Below are positions 37,782 through 45,110 of a DNA stretch of 64,000 nucleotides, in pieces. The DNA is from Rhodospirillaceae bacterium. Its GTDB lineage: Bacteria; Pseudomonadota; Alphaproteobacteria; Rhodospirillales; UBA2165. A program made the translations under genes and the position numbers. Position 1 is the stretch's first letter. The number at the start of each line of letters is the position of its first letter. A model generated the notes under the pieces. It had not been told where the DNA came from. It was given only the letters and a program-made list of their open reading frames with translations, and ran no database searches. The stretch covers positions 115,953 through 179,952 of the forward strand of contig PBNV01000031.1 in the NCBI GenBank assembly GCA_002723345.1, given 5' to 3'.

Positions 37782-38903
37782 TCAGCTAGCAAACTCGACG
37801 AGTGCTTTTTTATAGTCTTCAACCGTATCTATCTCTCTCCAGCCACGTTCAATGATAACGCTGTGAACGGATACTCCGAGATCCACCATTTCTTGGATTA
37901 AGTCAGTGAGGTAGGCTTTTTGGAATGTTTTGGCCCGTTGGAAGGGCTTGTCCCAATAAAGTGCTTTTGACCTCTGAAAATGACGCTTAAAAATTTCCGC
38001 CCCTCGTGGCGTCAATTTAATCATACCAATAAATTCACCATGAACATCATCCTTGTTGGTCATAATTTTACCGATTTTTATGACCTCATTATTGGCGTCC
38101 AATACCACATTTTCCGCCTCATCAATTGGATGTTCTTTCCTGCCGACATACATTCCGCGCCAATCGATATCTACTACAATCGAAATGTCGTGCTTGGACT
38201 CAAGTAATCTACGAACAATAAAGCTCTCGAATAGTATGTCAGAGTAAGATATAACAACATTATTGTTTATTTCCTTTTCTGCATAAAATAGTGAATTTAA
38301 GATATTGTTATTCTCATATTCATCATTATCAAAATATTTGATATCTGGATAATCTATACACTCTTTTTTGTACCCTCTAATCAGCGAAATATCAGATATG
38401 CCTGTTTCTTGGTATGCCTCAAGCTGGCGTTGCAGCAGGGTCTTGTCTCCAAATTCTAAAAGACATTTTGGACGCACATCGGTATATGACCCCATCCTGC
38501 TACCGAGACCGGCTGCAATAATGATCGCTTTTGTATTCTTGGCCATAAGCAACTCCCGCATTTCTCTGATCTGTAACTCGCTGGCGCGTTGGTCTTGGAT
38601 CTCCCTCAATAGGTGCACTGTTTCGGGACTTTTCTGGATCATCTCTGATACATCTGCCGCGATATCATTTCTAGACTGCCCTGCTAAATCGAAAGCTAAT
38701 TTTTTATCCGCATTCAACAGATTGGCGATCTCCATCACGGTTGCCGCTTTTGGGGCGTCACGTTTCTGTTTCTCGATGTCGTTAAGGTACGAAGGGGAAA
38801 TGCCTAATTGACGCGCAAATTCCCTGAGCCCTAGACCCGCATCTAATCTAAGATCTCGAATGTACTGTCCAAAAGTATCGCTTGGGTCACCCATGAGAGC
38901 CAC
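37782..38903 (-). CDS. XRE-type HTH domain fused to a LicC/PntC-like nucleotidyl(cytidylyl)transferase
   Basis: 373 aa. The N-terminus FGQYIRDLRLDAGLGLREFARQLGISPSYLNDIEKQKR is a Cro/C1 HTH. From about residue 122 it reads KAIIIAAGLGSRMG...RPKCLL...ISYSDILF...WREIDTVEDYKKA, a GT-A NTP-transferase fold of the phosphocholine or 2-AEP cytidylyltransferase type. Confidence 0.75.
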   Translation of the reverse strand: MALMGDPSDTFGQYIRDLRLDAGLGLREFARQLGISPSYLNDIEKQKRDAPKAATVMEIANLLNADKKLAFDLAGQSRNDIAADVSEMIQKSPETVHLLREIQDQRASELQIREMRELLMAKNTKAIIIAAGLGSRMGSYTDVRPKCLLEFGDKTLLQRQLEAYQETGISDISLIRGYKKECIDYPDIKYFDNDEYENNNILNSLFYAEKEINNNVVISYSDILFESFIVRRLLESKHDISIVVDIDWRGMYVGRKEHPIDEAENVVLDANNEVIKIGKIMTNKDDVHGEFIGMIKLTPRGAEIFKRHFQRSKALYWDKPFQRAKTFQKAYLTDLIQEMVDLGVSVHSVIIERGWREIDTVEDYKKALVEFAS

Positions 38904-38955
38904 ATTTGTTCAACTGTTCGCAAACAGGTAAACAATCTAGGTCCGATGGTCAATA

Positions 38956-40110
38956 TTATTTTTTTACTATGTCATAAATCAACTCGGAGCCCCTTTTGGC
39001 ACTTTGGCCGATATTAAATACAGTTTTGTCCCGCAAAGCTCGAATTTGTGTGACAAATTTCTCTGAGTCTTCCATAATTTCTGTCACGACATCTGTCACG
39101 TTGTCTAACTTCTCTTTCCCAAGAATTATGCCAATCTTATCACGCGCACTAATTTCAATGGGAATATTTTCTAACTCCGTGTAACGTGGATTATTTATTT
39201 TTTTGGGAACGTCAATGAATATGACGGGCCGCTCTAAGCCGAAGGCAAACTCTAAACTGACGCCCGACCAGTCACTTATTAATACATCGGCTTTGATCAA
39301 ACTCTCAAAAATAGCGTTATCCATATCCATTTCAAAATTTGGATGACTATTAAAGTTCGCAGCTAAGAGTTTCACATTTTTGGCAGATTTGATCCTGCTT
39401 TGCGGGTGAAGCCGCAACGTCACATAATGTCCCGCATCCAGTAGCGACCCAACTAATTCTTTTGCACCATTTTCAATCAAGCCCTCTGACCCCCATGATG
39501 GGGCAACTAATACGTTATAATTCGAGGTTGCTGGTTTTGAAATAAGGGGCTGCGAAGATACCATATCCAGAATGGTGTCTAATGGTGCGTATCCATGTTC
39601 ATACAAATTTTTTTCTGGGAGATTATTCAATTTCTCCCATTCGCGAATTTCCGATACATGGTGGGATCCGGAGCACAAAATTGTGTCAAAGTGATCAAAA
39701 GCCCCTGGCTTGTAAACCATGTGAGAACTCACAAGAGAGTGTTGCAAATAGATATAGTGGACCGGGTAACGCGATCGTTTAATATGAAAGGAGTGAAGGT
39801 CAGGCATTGTCATCACTAAGACCTTGGCCTTTAAGGTTTGAAAGGCAAATATCATTGCGCTTCCCCAACCTACATATACTGATTTTACATTCTCTGGTGG
39901 TTCCGAGAGCAACGGGTCATCTTGATCAGAGGTTAAATAACAAATTCTTAAATTATGATCCTCTGTTAAATGGGACATTACTGGCAAAAGAAAACCGTGG
40001 TATGCCCCCCCCTCCGAGTAAAATACCAAGTTTTTATCTTCCAAAGGTAGCGACCGCAGTTCAATGCACCCACGCCAAGATGCAATAAACGATTGGAAAT
40101 ATTTAAGCAC
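38956..40110 (-). CDS. TagF-like CDP-alcohol (glycero/ribitol)phosphotransferase family protein
   Basis: YNVLVAPSWGSEG matches the family APTWR-type motif. ADVLISDWSGVSLEFAFGLERPVIFIDVP matches the LITDYSS...F motif. The start is uncertain: the track start at 40203 overlaps the tRNA, so I suggest the GTG at 40110 (MLKYFQSF...). Confidence 0.7.
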   Translation of the reverse strand: MLKYFQSFIASWRGCIELRSLPLEDKNLVFYSEGGAYHGFLLPVMSHLTEDHNLRICYLTSDQDDPLLSEPPENVKSVYVGWGSAMIFAFQTLKAKVLVMTMPDLHSFHIKRSRYPVHYIYLQHSLVSSHMVYKPGAFDHFDTILCSGSHHVSEIREWEKLNNLPEKNLYEHGYAPLDTILDMVSSQPLISKPATSNYNVLVAPSWGSEGLIENGAKELVGSLLDAGHYVTLRLHPQSRIKSAKNVKLLAANFNSHPNFEMDMDNAIFESLIKADVLISDWSGVSLEFAFGLERPVIFIDVPKKINNPRYTELENIPIEISARDKIGIILGKEKLDNVTDVVTEIMEDSEKFVTQIRALRDKTVFNIGQSAKRGSELIYDIVKK

Positions 40111-40164
40111 TTTCAAACCAGGCAAAACAATACAGTTTTGTTTAGAGACTTCGGCCCATAAGAA

Positions 40165-40240
40165 TGGTGCCGCCTGGGTGACTTGAACACCCGACCCTCG
40201 CATTACGAATGCGATGCTCTACCAACTGAGCTAAGGCGGC
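40165..40240 (-). tRNA. tRNA-Thr (anticodon CGU), with encoded CCA
   Basis: The minus strand reads GCCGCCTTAGCTCAGTTGGTAGAGCATCGCATTCGTAATGCGAGGGTCGGGTGTTCAAGTCACCCAGGCGGCACCA. It folds into a perfect cloverleaf: 7-bp acceptor, GCTC/GAGC D stem, TCGCA/TGCGA anticodon stem with loop TTCGTAA, and GGGTG/CACCC T stem with a TTCAAGT loop. Confidence 0.95.
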
Positions 40241-40291
40241 AAGGTACTCAGCATGCTTTTTTATACCGGTGCGACCAGAATTACCAGGGTT

Positions 40292-41758
40292 TCATTGGTC
40301 CGTCATCCCGCGGACTCTCTGACTTAAGCTAGCGCGGGCTGCGGATATCACGCCTGCCCAATCTCCCGGCGATGTTTGCCTGAATAGCCGAGCTGACGGG
40401 TACCACGGCGTAGTTTTGCCGTGGTACCACCGCCAATCAGGGTCATGATGCAGCAGCACCCAGACGGGTTTTCCAAGCGCGCCTGCCAGATGCGCGACGG
40501 CTGTGTCAGAGGTGATGACCAGATCCAGGGCGTTGATCATTCCGGCCGTATCTTCTAACGATGCCGGGCCGGTGTCGATAATGGGGAAGTCTACTGGCAA
40601 CGGTGGGGCCGGTGTTTGGCCTTTCTGCAAGCTAAACCAAATGACCTTGTTATTTTCGGCTAGCGTCATCAATTGGTCCACTGGGAGCCGCCGCCGTTTC
40701 TCTACTGGATTATTCGAATTGCCACTCCAGTTCAGGCCAATCTTCAAGCCGTCATACTGGCTTAGTTTTTTTTGCCAGGTTACATAATGATTCACAGGAA
40801 CACGTATGTATGGCGTTGCGCGGAACAAGTCAGGACCGCGCAATTGACACAGCCGTGGTACATCCATCAAGGGGGCATGGACGTCAAAATTTGAGCTCGT
40901 CTCTGCTGGCCGCTGGATTTCATCGGCGAGATGGCTCTCCTCGGCAATGGGGATCAGTGTCTCGGGTAGTTCCAAAATAACACGGCCGCCGGTGGCTTTG
41001 AGAGCAGACACAAACCGCAGCATAAACAGCATGTCGCCGAGCCCTTGCTCGGGATATACCAATATGGTCCGCCCGTTAAGATTATTTCCGGTCCATTCCG
41101 GTTGGTCAAAGGATGACCGCCGACCGGGAAATTTGGGCCAGCGCCAGCGCCAGTTCATCTCGCGAAAGCCGTCTTCATAGCGTCCCGCGCTCAATAGAGC
41201 GAGCGAGAGGTTCCAATGAGCAAGCGCAAAATCCGGGTCAAGGTCGATGGCTTTTTGGTAACTGGCAAGGCTGTCGTCAACCAGGCCAACGTCTTTTTCG
41301 GCATTGCCAAGATTATTAAGCGTTTCTGGATCCGACCCAGCAATAGCAGCGGCCCGCCGGGCGTAATCAAGGCCCGAAACGATGTCTCCGGCATTACGAC
41401 ATGCGCTGGCTAAATTACTGAGCGCCCTCGAGTGCTCCGGATTAAGCCTTATCGCAGAGCGAAAGCTCCGTTCTGCAGCTTCCTCCTGACCTTGCTCACG
41501 CAATGCTATGCCCAGATTGTTATGATAATCGGCGACATCATTTTTGATGGATAAAGCCATACTAATTAGCCGAACGGCAAGACGGTTATCGCCTTTCTGC
41601 ATCGCTGCGACACCCAGAAGGTGCCATAAGTCCGGATGATCTGGGTGCTCGTCTAGCAGGTTGTGGTACAGGCCGATTGCCTGATCAAGGTCGCCAGATA
41701 CTTGCAGTTGAATCGCGTTCTGCAAAGTTGCAGTGAAGGCTTGGCTAGGGTCTGCCAT
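40292..41758 (-). CDS. TPR-repeat protein fused to a glycosyltransferase family 9 (heptosyltransferase-like) domain
   Basis: 488 aa. The N-terminal half has repeated TPR units (e.g. AIRLNPEHSRALSNLA, AIDLDPDFALAHWNLS). The C-terminal half has LVITSDTAVAHLAGALGKPVWVLL, typical of GT9. Confidence 0.7.
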   Translation of the reverse strand: MADPSQAFTATLQNAIQLQVSGDLDQAIGLYHNLLDEHPDHPDLWHLLGVAAMQKGDNRLAVRLISMALSIKNDVADYHNNLGIALREQGQEEAAERSFRSAIRLNPEHSRALSNLASACRNAGDIVSGLDYARRAAAIAGSDPETLNNLGNAEKDVGLVDDSLASYQKAIDLDPDFALAHWNLSLALLSAGRYEDGFREMNWRWRWPKFPGRRSSFDQPEWTGNNLNGRTILVYPEQGLGDMLFMLRFVSALKATGGRVILELPETLIPIAEESHLADEIQRPAETSSNFDVHAPLMDVPRLCQLRGPDLFRATPYIRVPVNHYVTWQKKLSQYDGLKIGLNWSGNSNNPVEKRRRLPVDQLMTLAENNKVIWFSLQKGQTPAPPLPVDFPIIDTGPASLEDTAGMINALDLVITSDTAVAHLAGALGKPVWVLLHHDPDWRWYHGKTTPWYPSARLFRQTSPGDWAGVISAARASLSQRVRGMTDQ

Positions 41759-41769
41759 GGCCTACGATG

Positions 41770-43218
41770 TTACTTTTCTTTTTGATCCCGGGCGACGCGC
41801 TGATCCGAGGGATTAGGCGGCTCTATAATATCGAGGTGGTCAGGCCCGTCCTCGTTATCCAAAGTTTGCATGATTTCGGACCCCGCGTGGTTCAGCGTGT
41901 TTGTCGCGATTTCACTATCAATCCGCGTTACGCGCGGCGGTATCTTCCACTCCAACGTGTCAAATTTTTCGCACCGGGTGCAAATCGGTTCCCATTCTGC
42001 AGCAGCGTTTCCACAATCATTACAAAGCCAGACTGGGTCTGGATCGGCAACAGACGCCCGTTTTAACCATTCCCGTGACGCGTCCACATCATTGTGCTCG
42101 GCCTCTTCAAGTTCTGCCATATAGCGGCATACGCGTGCCGAGGGGTGAATTTGCACCGTTGCCAGAAGATGCTCCCGGGCCTCCTGCCACATGCCGGCGG
42201 CGAGTGCGGCCCTGGCAATGGCGAGGTGGCTCTCCTCGTGATCATTATTGTAAGCTGCCAGCCGTTCAATCGTGCGCATTTTCTCTTGCGGACCCGCGCC
42301 CGAGGCCAGTTCTCCCATCACATCTGCCAAGTGAGGGTGCGGATTGGAAACCCAAATCTCTTCGATGATTGCAGCTGCCTTCCGGCGTTTACCGGCGCTT
42401 TGCAGCAGACGGGCCGTCCGGATTGCGGCTGGTACGAAATCTGGTGCTAAATTATTGGCCCTCTGAGCATGGCGTAGGGCGTCGCCCAGCTTTCCATCGT
42501 TTTCCTCTTCTAGGCTGCGCTGAAACAGCATCAGCGCTCGCCTTCGCCGTCCTGTCGTGCCGTCAACAGTCTTATTCTTGATGGACTTTTTGACCGTCTC
42601 TTCTGCTCTCTCCCAGTCCTGTTTTTTGATTTGTAGATCCAAAAGTGTGGCGGTTGCGGTTTCTGTCTTTGGTTTGAGATTGCTGGCTTGTTCCGCCAAC
42701 TCCAGCGCGCCGTCCTGATCGCCATCTTCCATGGCCTGTTTGAGTTTACCGCTCAAGCCCAAATATTTTGTCTCGGGTTGCTCCGCCATGGCATCAAAGA
42801 ATTTCCCGGCCGCTTTTTCGTCCCCCGATAATTGAGCGGCTTGGGCAGAGAGCAGCATGGTGAGGGGAGGCTCGGCAAGCAGCGCCTCTGCTTTTCGGGA
42901 CAGGCGGCGGGCTTCGACTGCATCGCCTGCAGCGACGGCCACCATGCCCTGGGTAAGGGCTTTGTATCCTCGTTGCCGGCGCCAGTCCTGGCGAGCCCGG
43001 TCGATGCGCCGGGGCGCGCGCCGCAAAAATGACCAGATCCGAAGCGCGGACGCCAAAAGAAAAGAGAGGACGAAGAGCGCCGCGAAAAGGATGCCGACGG
43101 AGGCCTCAATTTTATATCCCAGCCACTGCATGGACATTTGACCGGGATTGTCCGCCAGTAGGGCGGCGCCAAGACTGAATGCTGCCAGCAGGAGAAGAAA
43201 CCAAAATGCTCGAAACAT
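41770..43218 (-). CDS. hemY: HemY-like protein (HemY_N membrane domain, TPR region, C-terminal zinc ribbon)
   Basis: The N-terminus MFRAFWFLLLLAAFSLGAALLADNPGQMSMQWLGYKIEASV is the HemY_N pattern. The C-terminus is CNDCGNAAAEWEPICTRC. It occupies the conserved position after hemC-hemD-mic60. Confidence 0.8.
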   Translation of the reverse strand: MFRAFWFLLLLAAFSLGAALLADNPGQMSMQWLGYKIEASVGILFAALFVLSFLLASALRIWSFLRRAPRRIDRARQDWRRQRGYKALTQGMVAVAAGDAVEARRLSRKAEALLAEPPLTMLLSAQAAQLSGDEKAAGKFFDAMAEQPETKYLGLSGKLKQAMEDGDQDGALELAEQASNLKPKTETATATLLDLQIKKQDWERAEETVKKSIKNKTVDGTTGRRRRALMLFQRSLEEENDGKLGDALRHAQRANNLAPDFVPAAIRTARLLQSAGKRRKAAAIIEEIWVSNPHPHLADVMGELASGAGPQEKMRTIERLAAYNNDHEESHLAIARAALAAGMWQEAREHLLATVQIHPSARVCRYMAELEEAEHNDVDASREWLKRASVADPDPVWLCNDCGNAAAEWEPICTRCEKFDTLEWKIPPRVTRIDSEIATNTLNHAGSEIMQTLDNEDGPDHLDIIEPPNPSDQRVARDQKEK

Positions 43219-43225
43219 AAGATGG

Positions 43226-45106
43226 TTACTCGTTTGCGGCCAGTAAGGCGACAGCTCTGATTTGTAATCGGTCCAGGAAGTTGTTTACGGAAATCAAAGC
43301 TTCAGCATTTTTAAGCCATGGCGCCGCCTTTGTGGCAGGAGCGGCTGTGAGTGTTTTGAGTTCTGCCACAGCATCGGCTAAGTCAGACCGTCCTAGGGAG
43401 CGCTCTGCCCGAGCAACGATGGCTTCCACGTCAGTACCGTTGAAGTCGTCGGTTCGGCGCCATTTCAGAGTCTGGGCGAGCCGGGCAAGCGTGCGGTCCA
43501 TTAAGCCCTTCCCCTTGGGTAAATTTTCCGCCTGAACAATGGCGCCGGCCAACACTGTGAATTCTTGACGCAATTGACTTAGGCTAGGCACCCCTTTTTT
43601 AGCGGCTTCTGAAAGGCCGGTAATGGCCTCTGAGAGGTCGGTGTCATCAAGTTTGAGATTCTTTAAAATTTCAAGCTCTCCCGAGAATGATCGGCCGGCG
43701 TGGGCAGCGGTTCGGAGTTGAACCACGGCAAGAAGAAAAGCTCGTACTTTTGCACTGTTATCTGCCGTCCCTGCCGATGGGACTTTCGTCTCCATAGTGG
43801 CCATTTTTTGCGTCAGCAGGCCCAGTCGTTTTCGAGTTTCCGAAGCCATCGACTCTTTGGTCGCCTCCAAAAGAGTGAGACGTTCAGAGAGTTTCTTTAA
43901 CGTCGCTTCTGCTGAGTCGGAGCCCTTGCTGGTATCCACTGCATTAATCATCGATTTTACCGAGTTGAGGGATCCTTCGAGAGATCTGATACGAGTAAGG
44001 GTAGCGTCTAGTTGGGATTGGAGCAGGTTCCGTTCTTTTTGCAATTCGTTGAGTTTGGGGAGGCTCTCCTTTGATTTGGACTCAAGTTTCAGAAGCCGGC
44101 TCGTTAGAGCATTTAACTGATCGGTCGTTGAGTCACCAAAGATTGGCAATGGGACAAAATCTCGGAGCTTGGGCACCCACAGGTCTGACGTGGCCGCACC
44201 AGCACCGATGGTAAAGGCGGAAAAGAGAAGCGTTATAAAGACGGTTCGAAATGTGTGACTTTTTTGACTTTGCTGGGATTTTACCTCAGGCGCTGGCGGG
44301 CGTTCTCCTGAGCCGTGTACTGGCGATGTTTTCTTTGGCGATACGTTATTTTGCACGTATTGTTCCCTCTCCAATGCCAGCTCAGACGCCGTTTTACCCT
44401 TGGTATCTTCGAGCGCCTGTAGCAAAGCATCTTGTGTGGGTGCTTTCGCTACTAGGCATTCTCGCCAGCTCAGATCAGAGGCTTTTTCTGCCACGGCAGG
44501 GCTCAAGCAAATTAAAGTAAGATGTTTTGCTACCCGGACCAATCTGGATTTCCTGAGTAGTTTAACAAATGTTTCGGCCGTTCGCGGAGAATAAAGCAGA
44601 ACCGTCTTGATCTTCCCACTCTTGATGCCCGCAATGGTCTCGGGACTGAGTGATTTGGTAGGTTCAGATTTATAAAGAACGTGTAGCCGGCATTCGAAAC
44701 CTGCTGTTTCCAAGGTCTCTTTCAGGAGCCCTGCTCGCACCGAACCAGCAGCGTGATAAAGTGCACCATTTTTCGGGTCGAGCATTTCTGTGGCCATCGC
44801 GGCAAGCGCGCCCACGTCACCCTCAGCACTATGAACCTGGGCGAACCCCAAATCACGCGCGGTGTTAGCGGTTGCATCTCCAACTGCATAAAGTGGGATA
44901 GACATGTTTGGTTTGCGGTTAAACAGGGCCCGCACGCCATTGGAGCTTGTTGCTAAATAAGCCTGAACACCACTCGTATCGATATCGGGCCCGTCTCGAA
45001 GATTGACCACCAAAAGCGGCTCATGGAGCCCGTCATAGCCCAGTTCCGTCAAGCGGGCCATTAGGGCCTCTCCATCTGTGCCGGGTCTAGTGACAAGGAC
45101 ACGCAT
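43226..45106 (-). CDS. hemD: Uroporphyrinogen-III synthase (HemD) fused in one ORF to an alphaproteobacterial Mic60/mitofilin-like protein
   Basis: 626 aa from the ATG at 45106, preceded by AGGAGG with a 9-nt spacer. Residues about 1-245 are HemD-like (MRVLVTRPGTDGEAL...LLYSPRTAETF). Next come a Pro/Ser/Gln linker, one TM segment (TVFITLLFSAFTIGAGA), and coiled-coil sequence. The C-terminus is mitofilin-type (AERSLGRSDLADAVAELKTL...APWLKNAEALISVNNFLDRLQ). Confidence 0.75.
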   Translation of the reverse strand: MRVLVTRPGTDGEALMARLTELGYDGLHEPLLVVNLRDGPDIDTSGVQAYLATSSNGVRALFNRKPNMSIPLYAVGDATANTARDLGFAQVHSAEGDVGALAAMATEMLDPKNGALYHAAGSVRAGLLKETLETAGFECRLHVLYKSEPTKSLSPETIAGIKSGKIKTVLLYSPRTAETFVKLLRKSRLVRVAKHLTLICLSPAVAEKASDLSWRECLVAKAPTQDALLQALEDTKGKTASELALEREQYVQNNVSPKKTSPVHGSGERPPAPEVKSQQSQKSHTFRTVFITLLFSAFTIGAGAATSDLWVPKLRDFVPLPIFGDSTTDQLNALTSRLLKLESKSKESLPKLNELQKERNLLQSQLDATLTRIRSLEGSLNSVKSMINAVDTSKGSDSAEATLKKLSERLTLLEATKESMASETRKRLGLLTQKMATMETKVPSAGTADNSAKVRAFLLAVVQLRTAAHAGRSFSGELEILKNLKLDDTDLSEAITGLSEAAKKGVPSLSQLRQEFTVLAGAIVQAENLPKGKGLMDRTLARLAQTLKWRRTDDFNGTDVEAIVARAERSLGRSDLADAVAELKTLTAAPATKAAPWLKNAEALISVNNFLDRLQIRAVALLAANE

Positions 45107-45110
45107 TAAA

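Larger units (their letters stand above)
32340..40164. other. AT-rich accessory island abutting the 3' end of tRNA-Thr(CGU)
   Basis: There is a visible composition drop. Spot counts of single 60-nt lines give about 25-42% GC, against about 60% in a core line at 22 kb. The content is non-housekeeping, and the right edge is the tRNA 3' end. No integrase or flanking direct repeat was seen. Confidence 0.5.

Noticed and set aside
40111-40203. N-terminal extension of the TagF-like ORF.
   Set aside because: It overlaps the tRNA-Thr gene (40165..40240). It is an open-frame artefact.
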